This document shows positions 24,299-36,760 of a stretch of 64,000 nt of DNA, piece by piece (within the stretch, counting starts at the first letter, position 1; each line of letters begins with the position of its first letter). The position numbers and the translations under genes are program-made. Source of the stretch: Haliotis cracherodii (taxonomy: Eukaryota); contig NW_027266273.1 of the NCBI RefSeq assembly GCF_022045235.1, forward strand, positions 24,180,001-24,244,000, read 5' to 3'. The notes below the pieces were generated by a model that saw only the letters and a list, made by a program, of their open reading frames with translations, was not told the origin of the DNA and searched no databases.

Positions 24299-27200
24299 AG
24301 TCCGTTTGATTCCATCTGAGACCGATAAATTCCTCACTAACTCAAAATCTAATAATTGCAACAAAATGAGCACAGCGACATGAATTGGACAGACCAACTC
24401 TGATGGTTTGTCTCATAATTTTGGACACCCTAATAAAAAAATGTTTTAACAAACGATCATCATATTGTTGACATTTTTCGCCATCCCATACCAGGGAGGA
24501 CCAGTCGCTCATAGAACAGCCAGGTGGGCGAGTTTCATGTGCGAAAGTGACGTAAGGCTTGCTGATGACCATAGATGCGTGATTGCTATACCTGAAACAA
24601 TGAGAACATCACTCGACGTGAAGTCAATTATTTGCAACTTCTTCATTTTTTTAAAAAAAGAATGTGAAAGAGGTAGACCACAATATGCTTTGAAAAAAGC
24701 ATCGTTTACGAACTGCATGTGCAGTTGGGATAACAGAAGGGAAGTTAAAAGCTATGTTAAAAAAGTGTACTGATTCAACCTGCAGTGACACACCTGAGGG
24801 GACCATCTCAAAACCCGTGCGATGTTTTAAAGTCGATTCATTTCAACAAGTGAGTGAGTGAATATTGCTTAACGCCGCATCAGCAATTAGGAACACAATG
24901 TTCCTAGCTCCTCTTCTGATTTCTGTGCAGGAAATTGACACTTGGCAAGGGTGAGCGGCTTATTGTGCTCCATGCTGGCTACAAGAGTCGGGGATTCCTA
25001 CCAGGCTGTTCGCTAGTCTTCAAGGCAAAATCCAAGGACAACCGAGACTATCATACCGAAATGAACGGAGCGGTATTCCTAGAATGTGTTAAAACTCAAC
25101 TGGTACCGGTATTGCCCCCCAAGAGTCTGGTTGCCATGGACAATGCTCCATATCATGGCGTTCAGGTACCTAACACAAAAGCCCCAACGTCTAACAGTAG
25201 GAAGGGCGATATGACAGACAGACAGCCAGACAAATTTATTCGATACTTTAGGCCACCGGCCCATAATACAATGGATATATACTGTATATATATTTGCATG
25301 CTGAGTAGATTTAATAATGATTTACCGTTTCCTTTTGATATTCATGACTTGGGAGAGAAATTTACCTAAGCCTTTTATAATTTGTTTATTTTCAGCTGAC
25401 ATAAGTCTTATAAAATTCTCAATAGAGGGAGGGGTAACGAGACGCTTGGGAAAAGAGTTTCTTCTTGCTCTAGAATACTGGTCACAAATCATAAGAACAT
25501 GGAATTCATCTTCAACATGGTTATGTCCCTTTGAAACACAGAAAGTGCAGACACGTTCATTATATGGGATATTGTTGTGACACCCCAGTTCGACAGCAAG
25601 TCTGAAATTATTACACCGGAACATGGCTATAAGTCTACGTTGGTAAGAAGACATATCACAAGTTATATATGATTCCACATTTAGTAATGACTCGAACTGT
25701 GAGTAGTAATTGCATTTCGTTGATGATGTCAGGGAAAAGTGCCAATATTGAGTGAGGCAGTCGTAAAATCTTCGTTTAAAATATGTCATGAAATGTTGAA
25801 TATTACCAATGTCTTGGCTTAGCCGAACAAAACCAAATCCAAACTGAAATAAAATCATTCTAATGTGTGATGCCCATGTAATTTTACCATTATCATCAAG
25901 AGATTTTTAGTATATAAGAAGCTTGGATGGGTAGCCTGTGTTGTTCCATCTGAATTAGTCTGCACCAGTACTTGACTGCTCTTGACATGTAGTTATACTG
26001 TAGGGGGATCCTACCGCAGTCTCCTAGAACCATGTTGTTGTTGGTGAACTTATTTACTTTCAAAAAGGATTTGCAGAATCCGTTATGGACACTCTGAAAA
26101 ATGTTACAGTAGCTGGTTCCCAAGATCTCTGATCCATAACATAGGATTGGTGAAATCATAGTCTAGCGTAGCAATATTAAAAAGATCATGGTGATTAATG
26201 TATCCAAATTGTTTCTGATAACTATATATTGATAGAAGTGCTTTCCTTGCCTGGGCTGCTAGACATGCTTGGGCCTTGGTCCAAGATAACTTTGGTGAGA
26301 AAATAATTCCTAAATATCTGTACATGTTGCCAACTTCTATCTGTTGACCATTAAAAAAAACACTTTTCATAACTGCGAAGAGGACCTCCATTCCGAAATA
26401 CTATAATCTTAGTCTTATTCAGATTGACTTTCATGCCAGTATCATCACAGAATTTCTCCAGGGTCTTTATTTTCTTTTGAAGCTGTAGAGCAGTATCAGA
26501 GACGGTTGCCACATCTCTCTCATGAACACCAAAGGAGCTAAAATGTGGAAATAAATCTGTACTTTGCCAGAAAATAGTCCACCACACTGGCACCATTGTG
26601 AGTGATACAAGTAAAGTTCCAATCCATATCATCAAATAACCGCCTGTTTAGTACATGGACATCATGTGTGCAACATAATTCTGCTAGTTGGACACCGTAA
26701 CTGTTGTATCGAGTGTTATCCTTTGTTTTACGGGGAATATCGAACAAATCAGTTGGATAGTCATCACTGTTCTCATGGATGAAGTTGAGGTCATCAGCTG
26801 GGATATAATCCAGAAATGTACGCATCCTTGCATTGAAATCTCCAGCAAGTAGTAGGTAATGATTGTTATAACTATTTATGATTGTCTCAATATATCCCTC
26901 AAGACGACTTATGGGATCAATGTTATAACATTATAAACAGGGGAGTTTTCTGGCGAGATATAAATAAATATTAAAACTGAATCTTTTTGTAATCCAAAAT
27001 AACTTGTTTGAAAGTGCAACACAACACAGTCGATAAATGAATGACATATTCGACGAATAAGATTGTTCTTGATGAAATTATCTTTCACCATTACGGTTAC
27101 ACCACCACTGTAACGGCCACGTTGTTTATGTTTAGGTCGACAAAAGTTAAATGATTGAAAATCGGACAATAGATCGCCAAAGTCATCTTCCTGCTTAACA

Positions 27201-28129
27201 AACGACTCACAGAAACTAATAATGTCGCATCTACTGCAGAACTGTTTAAAATCACTAAATGAAGAGCTCACGTGTTTGTACAATCCATCAATATTCCAAC
27301 TGAGAATACAACAACTTGTGCCTTGGCCTTTTCATCTCCATCTCCATGATATGATAGAATGGTTGACACACAAAGCAATACCGTATCCACAAAAGGCAAC
27401 GAAAGCTGTTCTGTATGATAATATAAAGTCTAATAAAACCTCACCTGTCTTTAAAGTTGACGAGTATCTTAAAGAACATGGCCATTCAGTTTTGCGATTG
27501 CCGCCCTATCATTGCGATTTAAACCCAATAGAACTAATTTGGGGTATCATTAAATCGGATGTTGCCAGGCAAAATACAACATTCAAACTGCGGGATGTAC
27601 AGAAACTGGTTCAACAATCAATAGACACCACCACGCAGGAAACGTGGCAAAAGTGTGTTGAGAAAGTTGAGAATGAAATAGAGACAAGATTGGGATCATA
27701 GTGGATTGGACCATGCCACAATCAAGACAGTTATCATCAGGGTAGACTCGGACAGCGGCGAAAGCGATTCGGACAACAGCGACACCGATTCCGAATGCAC
27801 TGTCACGGCTTCAGAAACCTGCAACAGTGACTCCGATTGAACACCCAAAACGGCTTTTGAGATGACCCCCATATACGGTGCACATGCTTGTTCATTACCT
27901 GGCTTTTCCATGAGCGTCTGGTCCTCCCTGGTATGGGATGGCTAAAAATGTCAACAATATGATGATCGTTTGTTAAACAATTTTTTTATTCGGTTGTCCA
28001 AAATTATGAGACATACCATCAGAGTTGGTCTGTCCAATTCATGTCGCTGTGCACATTTTGGTTTAGTTGCAATTATTGATTTTGAGTTAGTGGGCAATTA
28101 ATCGGTCTCAGATGAAATCAAACGGACTG
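24299..28129 (+). mobile_element. IS630-Tc1-mariner DNA transposon with long D-E spacer (Sailor/DD82E-like), disrupted by a LINE
   Basis: ~230-bp TIRs at 24299-24525 and 27897-28129, with TA after the right TIR. Transposase halves GKGERLIVLHAG...MDNAPYH...RKGDM (to 25214) and DMIEWL...LRLPPYHCDLNPIELIWG (from 27348). Rejoined, 83 residues separate the D of MDNAPYH and the E of NPIE. The first catalytic D region was not found and is probably deleted near 24850-24930. Confidence 0.85.
25215..27347 (-). mobile_element. RTE-X-like LINE copy 2, 5'-truncated and internally deleted, nested in the transposase
   Basis: Highly similar to the 17148-20676 part of copy 1. TSD GATATGA at 25208-25214 and 27348-27354; (CTGT)n tail; deletion junction at 26512-26515. 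Confidence 0.92.
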
Positions 28130-28734
28130 TACTTGTTTTTAACATTATTTGTGTCCCTTAATGTATTCATTCCGGTTGAGATTCATGGAAGAATTAGTCC
28201 CCTCCCTCCCATGCGTGTCACAGGAGGCCGCAACTACAAGAGCGGATCGGCTTGTCAGTTTCGGTGGCTGTTCAAAACGTGTCATCGTACGACCACAAGT
28301 CGTTGCTGATGTATTCAGTCACTCACTTATCATAACAGACCCCCGGAAATTAGCTATGGCATTGCTGATTGGGGCGAAAAACAATGTTCATACACTTATG
28401 TATATGTGAGCTTTTGTGTATTTAGATATGAATGTCCTTTTTGGTTTCTATACGACGCAAGCACTGTTACAACTGATAAACGGCAATGTCTCTGTGGCCT
28501 TGAACACAGAGCAGGGACTGCCGAGTGATCGAGGGTGACACATTCGTTGTGTCGAGTTGCCTCCTTGGCTCGCTGACCGTTCTTCCGAATCCAACATCAG
28601 CGATTTTGCAGCTGAATATCAAACGTCACCAGAGACGTAAACGTCTATGATCTGCGTTCCTTGAGTTTCGATCTCATAACGGTGAGATGTGGGGATATAT
28701 TCTTTTCAAACTCACTAAATCTTAACCTGACACT

Positions 28735-29000
28735 TCCCCGGCCGCGTCATACCAAAATACATTAAAATATAGTACTTGTTGTTACCCTGCCTGGAGCATT
28801 AAAGGGCTAAAACAAGGACTGGTCGGCTAGGAATCAGTATACTGTGTCTGAGAGGGGTTTCATGTTAAACTGTAGCGTGGTATCTCAGTGGCCTAGCACT
28901 TTCAATTCAGCATACTTCCGGTATAGCGCGCGCACACATGCACGCGTCGCTATATAAGTGCAATGATATTGGACGCAACGTTAAACCCCATTTTTCCTCA
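28735..29000 (+). mobile_element. SINE family 3
   Basis: tccccggccgcgtcataccaaaa...ggacgcaacgttaaaccccatttttcctcac. Confidence 0.75.
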
Positions 29001-29509
29001 CGAAACGTTCAATGAAGAAAAGACTCAGAATATTATGAGTTAAGATTTTAATCAAATAAGTTATATTTATATATGCAGATTCGAGCATCATTGCTGTACA
29101 AAGTTAAATATAAATAATAACACGCTTCTATTACAAAATACAATACAATATGTAAAAATGTCGAGAAATAAATCAAACAAGAAAATCAATTCTTGATCAT
29201 GAGTTGAACACCTGGGAGATAGTCACACTTCCAATCATTGACTGCATTGCATATTACGCACATCTAAATATGTACCATGTATATGTTATTGTGTTGTCAG
29301 GCTTGTTCTGATAACAGAACATGCTTCAAAGAAGGGCGATACCTCGTGTTGTTGAGATTTGTATTTGATACGTTACTCGTTAATAGGGACAAATGCGAAA
29401 CGAATCCGATCTTGTGAACAATGTGTTCACAACACTGGGAATATGATATAAATGCGACTTTGGCAATTCACCGGCATAAAAATGTTTAAATACATCGTCT
29501 CCAGCTTAT

Positions 29510-29742
29510 GCGTGTTTTCTTGTTTAACGCTGCACTCAACAATATTCCAGTTATGTGATGGCGGTCTGTTAATAATCGAGTCTGGAACAGACAATCCAGT
29601 GATTATATTCATGACCATCGATCTACTGGATACGTGGCATGCATCCTCCAAGTAAGCCAGCCTGACCACCCAATCCCGATAGTCGACCCTTGGGCCAAGC
29701 CTGGGTTGCTGAACACCAATACTGATACTGATCTTCACGGGT
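29510..29742 (-). mobile_element. SINE-like family 2 in the probable 3'UTR of paralogue C (sense orientation)
   Basis: Head starts ~30 nt after the C stop codon; first head loop is altered. Confidence 0.8.
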
Positions 29743-29772
29743 TTCACCAGTTTATGAAACGTGTTGATGACG

Positions 29773-31675
29773 TCAGGCCATGCCGACAGTGTCCTGCTTC
29801 TCCGGCATGGTAATGTTCGTGGATGAGGTAAACACAGGTTTGGACTTGCTTCTGATGATGACGAACACTATCTTGGCAATGAGGGCTAACACACCTATCA
29901 CTATGAGTACAATGGTGAAGATAGAGTTCCCGCGAGCAGCGTCAAAGTTCTTGGCCAGGCTGCCTGAGAGAGCCCACACAATAACGCCATAAGGCGTGAT
30001 GGTATACCGACTGTATCTGTCGAATACGAAGAGGTCGGTGATGACGAAGAGGAACAAGGCGGCGGTGATGAAGCCGAGGGAGATGGAGGACGCGGTGCTC
30101 TGGTCGATGGCGGGGTTAGCTCTGTAGGCAATCACAAAGCCCATGTTGAGGAAGGAAGCAATGGTGGTCCAAGCCGCATAGATTCCAAGCCCGTTGTGGA
30201 CGAATGCACGCACTAAAGTGTCCTCAATCTTAAGATTGAGTTTAGCCAGGACCTCCATGTTGTTATCCAGGGAGGTGTAGGAGATCCACAGGCAGATGTA
30301 CAGGGTGAAGGCAATGGCGAACAGGAAGCTGAAAGACAGCTCGATGAGTTGGCGGTCAAACAGCAGGAGCCAGCTGATGTTGAGGAACATGTTCAGGATG
30401 TACATCCCGAAGAAGGCGGGGGGCAGAAGAATGGGGTTGAGGTAGAGAGGTCCTTCTGGACTCTTCCTGCAGATGCGGACCAATGAGTAGACAATCCAGA
30501 CGGCCTGCCAGGCATAGATGAGGCCCCATATGCTGAAGGTCCAGCCGGCGGGGGTGATCTCGATGTAGAATGCGTCCGAGATGTCCCCTGTGGAATTTAG
30601 GAAGACGCCTGCAAGAAACACAATGTGCTAAGTAAAAACATCCACAGCTTGATTAATGACTTAAGTCTTGTATTCAAAATTACAACCCATAACGGGTTCG
30701 CACAGGCGTGCACTGAGCACAATTCAAACAAATACTGATCTTGTTACTTTAACGCTTTACCTGAAAGATTAACTACTGCAAATAGCCACGTCAGATGAGA
30801 TGATCATTGGACGCTTTTTACGTCTCAGTCGGATGACTAATAACTGATAGCAACGAAATTAACAGAAAGCCATGATGTGAGGCTTCAACACGCAGCCACA
30901 ACACCCGTCTGTGGCATCAGCACAATATAAGACCCACTTAGGAGCGATAGAGTGAAATATTAAAGACAAAAATTAGAGACAAATCTTAAAGAGTCGCACA
31001 TCACTATATTTTCATAATACGTGATATATGTTCGCCCGGTAAAGGTGAGTTGATTTTAACCGCCGCTTTGAACAGTTTTCCAGTCATATCATGACGTTTC
31101 AGCAATGTAGTGGTGGGGGTGATGGGGGTGGGGGAAGCCCGTAGTGATGCAGGTCTAACATTAAACATAACATTTACATAGTAAATTAAACATACTACCA
31201 CATTTGTTGGTGTAAACACAGAAATACAAATTTTGCTCAACTGCTATTTGACATTTGAACATTTCAAGAAATTATAACTCTCCACATTATTTCTTCAATG
31301 GTCACTGAAGCGGACGTAGAATATCTTTATAATGTTCTTGCCAGAAGTATGGAGGCGGAAATAGCCTACTCATCAGCGTTATTATACACCATATTTCACG
31401 TTGAATCAAAAGATAAACACACTCAAACAAATTTACAAATGCATATATTTCTCATGGAAATTTCCCCTAATCCCAATAGTCCAAAATTATCACCACCAAA
31501 GACTCATGCTTGTCTACAGCACATAGGAAAAGCCATACCATGCGCCCACAGTCGTCACTGACCTACCTATGCTAGTATCTGCCGCCAGTCCGTTGAAGGC
31601 GGCGGTGAGAATGAAGGCGAGGAGAGCACCTACATTGAGGGCCTGCAACAACATTGGCGGGACCGACTTCATCAT
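29773..31675 (-). CDS. Paralogue C: ~8-TM TSPO/MBR-like membrane protein (314 aa), closest to the family consensus
   Basis: Coding exons 31675-31567 (MMKSVPPMLLQALNVGALLAFILTAAFNGLAADTSI) and 30608-29773; phase-1 intron G|GTAGGT...cttgcag|; 945 nt open. Motifs EITPAGWTFSIWGLIYAWQ, LNISWLLLFDR, HNGLGIYAAWTTIASFLN. Upstream acceptor at 31695/31694. Confidence 0.92.
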
Positions 31676-32714
31676 GGGCGATCACAACCACACCTGAAAC
31701 ACAACACCTTCTGGTTATGTATAGCTTTATCATACAATTTGCTGCAACATTAGCCAAATGATCGGTCCATCTAGCTGTCTACATCCATGTATATCCTTGG
31801 GTACAATGTGTGAAGCCCATTTCTGGTGTGCCCCACTGGGATATTGTGGGAATATTGCTTAAAGCGGCGTAAAACCACACTCCCTCACTCCGATGTATAT
31901 CCTGGGATGTATCTTTAAAGCATATTTGGAGTAAGAGGTCAATTATACTAAATGAGGTAACTATAGTAACGAATAGATGAGTAAACAAACATTTAGTCCC
32001 AGACTTAAGGTGATCTTATTTAAAAATATACATGTACAAAATCCAAACTATAATCCAAATGGAGCCGAAGACAATGGTTAATTTCGGGGGTGAGGCAGTC
32101 AAGACTTGCCAAATTTGTTTTTAATTTATTCTCCGGGAAACACAAGGACTGACAGGTCAGTATATGAATTTGTCTAGTCTAGAATGGTTTAAACAGTTAT
32201 ATAACAGAAATATTGAAGACGAATTATAGCATGACTATGGTATCATGGTATCGGTACATTTCGTAATCCACATCACCTGTCGATTGTTTTCTCTTGGTAA
32301 TTCTGAGCACGATACTTCTTCACTTGACTCGTTGCGGTATGTCTCGGCTCCTCGTAAGTATACACGTTAACATTTTTATGATAGTTTTATTAGTTTCTGG
32401 AATATTTTGAAGTGGAACAAAGAAAAAGAAACATTTTGAGTACGACATTCTATGAAGATTTAACACACGCATTTTAACTATATATACTGAATACTAATCG
32501 AGTTTCTAAAATTGATATTACAAGGGGCGAGTTTTTGTGTTTCATTTATTACTTACCGCTTAACCTTTTAAAACTTCATTTGATGGAACTGTTGGAGTCC
32601 CCGTCTTAACTAGGTCAAGCGGATGACAGTATGTATCCATAGTGTGAGACACACGGCATACTCCATTTGAGTTTATCAGAATAATACGTCTTCAATTAAT
32701 ACCGTACAACGGAA

Positions 32715-32880
32715 AAAGAGACAAACTGGATCGGGTGGACATGCTCGCTAACTTGGTTGATACATGTCATCGTATCCCATTTGCGTGGATCGATGCTTGT
32801 GTTGTCAGTCACTAGATTGTCTGGTCCAGACTCGTTTATTAACTGACAATCGTAAACTTGACCATTGTAAACATCAAACA
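32715..32880 (+). mobile_element. SINE-like family 2 fragment
   Basis: ggatcgggtgg...catgtcatcgtatcccatttgcgtggatcgatgc...gtctggtccagactcg. Confidence 0.7.
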
Positions 32881-33524
32881 TACAAACCTTACAAAGGCCT
32901 ACACGCCATTAGATTTCCGCACCGAAACGTCACAGACACGTCACTATACACTATGACGTAAATTGTTACAGTTTGTTGAAAGATACACAGGCGAAAAATG
33001 CCCTGTGATGTCAGCCTGCATGGAGTCCTCGAGTGTGCATAACGGTCTTATCATTCGTCACCACTCGCCCCTTTCCGTAACCGGCATGTCCCGGAATAAC
33101 ACGAGTTGGTCACGGATGCGGTCTTATCTGTCATCTCTACACGTATTACATCGATGTTGATATTTGTTAAATTAATTCCAGTGGTACATTTACACGCGCT
33201 TTGGGATTAAACAATGTGTAAAACCAGCTTATTGTTATTAAAGGTATTTCCCTGTATAATGGGACACTTCCGGTGAAAACTATGAATGTTCGGGTGATGT
33301 AAATTAATACCGACTAAGAGTTACGCCCCTTATTGTAAACAATCATGGCGACTGACAGACAGCTGTGGTCGATTCAAAAGGAAAAAGACCGGTAATCATA
33401 GCAAAATATTAATATCAAACGTGCTCATCGACCACAACTACCCAGCTTTGGTGATCCTTGCAACGACGACCACTGTCCTCTTTTTCGAAACATCAAACTC
33501 GACAAATACGCAAGCAGAGATGGA

Positions 33525-33801
33525 GTGAGTGAGTTGGGTTTAACGCCGCTTTTAACAGTATTCCAGTTATATCGCGGCGTGTCAGCTTAATGTGGGAGGA
33601 AAGCCCGAAGTGATGCAGGTCTCAGACGGTTACCACTTCGGTGAAACCCACGAGCACGGGTATGGTGCTGACAAACCTAGAAACATGATCGGAGCGAACC
33701 TGGATTCGAACCCACAATCATAGGTTTCTGGCGTGCCCAAGGGACGCAACTCTGCACAGCGAATCGCGGCGCCTTAGACGACTGGGCCACCCGTGCCCCC
33801 T
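33525..33801 (-). mobile_element. tRNA-derived SINE family 4, full length, with 13-bp TSD
   Basis: TSD aagcagagatgga at 33512-33524 and 33802-33814; (ACTC)n tail; interrupts the Kolobok-like coding sequence. Confidence 0.92.
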
Positions 33802-35211
33802 AAGCAGAGATGGAAGGAAGGGCGAAGGATGGTCGAGCTCGGGGAACTTCTCTCCAATCTCGTCGCTTGCAAGTACTGCAAATTCGGCCCTATTCCATTA
33901 ACGTATGGGAATATTGTCGGCAAGATGAGGAACGGACTTAGCGGCTATTTCTATGTGAAATGTCAGACAATGTGGGCAAATAAACATGGTTCCATACGGG
34001 AAAACGCACAGGGAGAAGGGGGTGTCAGGGATGCCATGTTTTGTTATCAACACAAAGCTTGGAACAGGTAAGTTTTATTTTTATTTTACATTTAATGACC
34101 AATAAAATAGTTTTGGCATCCGATGATGTAAAGCATAAATATTGTCCTGTTTTCGATTAGATATTTCAGCGTCATGCCTTTCTTATTGTTCATGTCACGA
34201 TATCATGTTTTGTGAATGTCTTATGTTGGCATTGTTGTCTTGTTTTTTCAACAAAAGGTAAGTAAGTATAGTAAGCTTTTTTAGACATTGCACACTTGTG
34301 ACAGTTGTCCTTGTGTCTAGGGGGTTGGGGTGAAATTTAAGTCAGTATTGCTCCCAGACCAAGCGCGGCAGCTATGCCCGATTTATAAAAAGTATTGATT
34401 TAACTTAGAATTTTTACTGCCAACTATATGAACAGGCACACATCCCTCCCTCATTCCTAAAAATAATATTAGATACATTCGTATAATTATCATGATTATA
34501 TTGTGGCTAATATTTATTTACACCTATGATCGCTAGCGTTGGGGGACCAGACAGGATGAATAATCTCCTTTCAATTTTAAATATCAAACCAAAGTAGTTT
34601 AAAAAGCATGGAATGGAGGGCTGGACGCTATGGTGAAGCTGTTGCCAAAGAGTCGACTCAACAGGCTGCAAATGATTCATTTAGAATGGAGATGGAGTAA
34701 GTTCTATTCAATGTCATAACAATGTTTGTTTATGAAACTAGTCAATTGTTAATAACACAAGGATACAATAAACATGGTGGATACTCTGAATCAAATGAAT
34801 TCATTGTTTAATGACGACCGTGTGTGTAGAGATACTGGAAATTGTCAAATATAAACAAAGAAAATCATCTTGTATTGGTGTCAGATATTAAAAAAAACAA
34901 ATTAAGTTTGGAATTCCTCTTTCAGATTGATGCTCCTGGTCTGACTTTAACCCATCAGGTTTATTTGTTTGATACAAAGACATTGCAGAAGAGGAGAGTC
35001 GACAAGCTGCGAAGCTCATGGGGAAGGTGATCGAAGATTTAGAAGTTTGTCCTCTACCAGACGCACCTCCTGAAATTAGGTTTATTCTTTTCAATATATT
35101 TTTAGTATGTACATGTATAGATTGTGTTGGATAGTGGGATATATGTTCAGATGGAAAGAAGATTATTTTATAAATATTCAGTTGTACAATGTATATGCAA
35201 CTATTGTACAT

Positions 35212-35368
35212 CATGGGCGGATACAGAGGGGTGGAGGGGTGGGGGGGTGCGCACCCCCACTTTTTATTTCGAAAAAAAATCTTTATTTCAGTATAAATTT
35301 CCACCAAAGACAATAAATAGATCTTAATTGTGCACCATCCCTTTTCAAAAAAGCTATATCCGCCCATG
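35212..35368. mobile_element. MITE inside the Kolobok-like element
   Basis: Terminal inverted repeats CATGGGCGGATA / TATCCGCCCATG. Confidence 0.65.
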
Positions 35369-35794
35369 GATATCACTTAGAAACAACAAGACACTTTTCT
35401 ATAGGTACTGTAGAATAAGTGGTTCCATGAGTGAAATTGTTTCAGCACATAAAAGAACCAACATTAATTCGGGTTGGTTCATTGCATTGGTAAAATGTGT
35501 TTGCAGCTTAATGTTACAGTTAAATTCCTCCACCACAGATGTTAAACAATAACTGATCTCAAACAAACATTTTAACAATACATGAAAACAATTTGGATTT
35601 AATTTTTAATTTTTCAGATTATTGATGTCATCCCATTCCTTTACTGTACCAGTAGTTGATGCTAGTTCTGATGATGAAAGTGGACATTCTGACCAGACTC
35701 CTTAAGCATCTAACATTGAAAGTCCACCAGTCTCATCTTCAAACAGGTGAGAATTTTGAAAAAATTCAAACACAAACAATAGTTTTATTTGAAC

Positions 35795-36110
35795 ATGTAG
35801 CCAAGTGCATGATTGAGAGTTTAACCAACTTGGCACGCAATCAAAATGTTGCCGGTTCGAATCCTAGCAAACCCACTTGATGCTTGTTGTGTCCTTAGAC
35901 AAGTCACTTTATCTGCATTGTCTCAGCCCAGCCCTCCCAGCTGTATATAGCCATCGACTTTGACTGCAGGTTAACCTGCAATGGTGCGCTGGTGTAACAT
36001 TCGGGTGGGAGGACATTATCCTATTAGCACCAAGGAAACTGGGTGTTATCACAGACCTAGTGGGTCACCGAACATGCGGCACATGCAAGTGGTGGATGAG
36101 GAATAGACCT
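35795..36110 (+). mobile_element. Old tRNA/CORE-like SINE
   Basis: B-box GGTTCGAATCC, then CORE-like tgtgtccttagacaagtcacttt. It splits the first exonuclease motif (TIVLF... / ...TDLSQI). Related minus-strand copy at ~49778-49915. Confidence 0.55.
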
Positions 36111-36222
36111 GGACTACCAATACGAAAGTACAGATCTGTCCCAAATCACTTCGGTAGTGCTCGGTTAATGGAATGTACTTCCAAAAGTACCAATCTCAAC
36201 AGGTTACTGGTATAGTGGTACA

Positions 36223-36760
36223 ATGACGGTCAATGGGAAACAAGTTCAGCCTGAAACTGTTCAGTTTGCAGTTGACAAGTTTTGTAAATGGCTCAGTGGG
36301 TTTCCCAATGTATTCCTTGTGGCACATAATGGAAGATTTGATTTTCCTGTATTTTCATCTGCATTGCTAAACATCCAGTGTGAAGCACAATTTTTCAACT
36401 GTGTATCAGGTCTTATTGATAGCCTACCTGTCTTCAAGGTCTTTCCTGGACAATCATCATACAAGCAAGAAAATCTAGCCAAGACCTATTTGCACTCATC
36501 ATATGAAGCACACAATGCCATAGGAGATGTAAAGGTCCTTGGTAAGCTTGTATCTCATTCAAAGATGAAAATTCAGGAACTTGTAGGTACAGTTTCCCAC
36601 CATCAGCAGTCCACAATCTACTTCTCTTCAACAACGAAAAGGCCAAACATATCAAAACACTCCATCCTCTCTTAGCCGAAGGGGTCATGAAAATGTCAAT
36701 TTCTGAGAAAATTGCCAGATCAGGACTGAATCTGGGTAACCTGCGCAAAAATTTTCAGTG
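36223..36760 (+). pseudogene. DEDDh 3'-5' exonuclease domain (PML C-terminal/exuperantia-like), transposon-borne, frameshifted
   Basis: ExoII LVAHNG-FD and ExoIII AHNAIGD motifs in ORF 36223-36675; continues out of frame as ...MSISEKIARSGLNLGNLRKIF. Confidence 0.7.

Noticed and set aside
16420-27347. Idea that recombination between the two inverted RTE-X-like copies flipped paralogue B, the only plus-strand gene
   Set aside because: Copy 2 still has matching GATATGA TSDs and both halves of the host transposase are collinear. An inversion between the LINEs would have separated them, so B's orientation is not explained by these copies.
29773-30608. GPCR, rhodopsin or chemoreceptor identity for the cluster
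   Set aside because: About eight rather than seven helices; no DRY or NPxxY and no recognisable retinal-binding Lys motif. The motif order fits TSPO-like proteins better.
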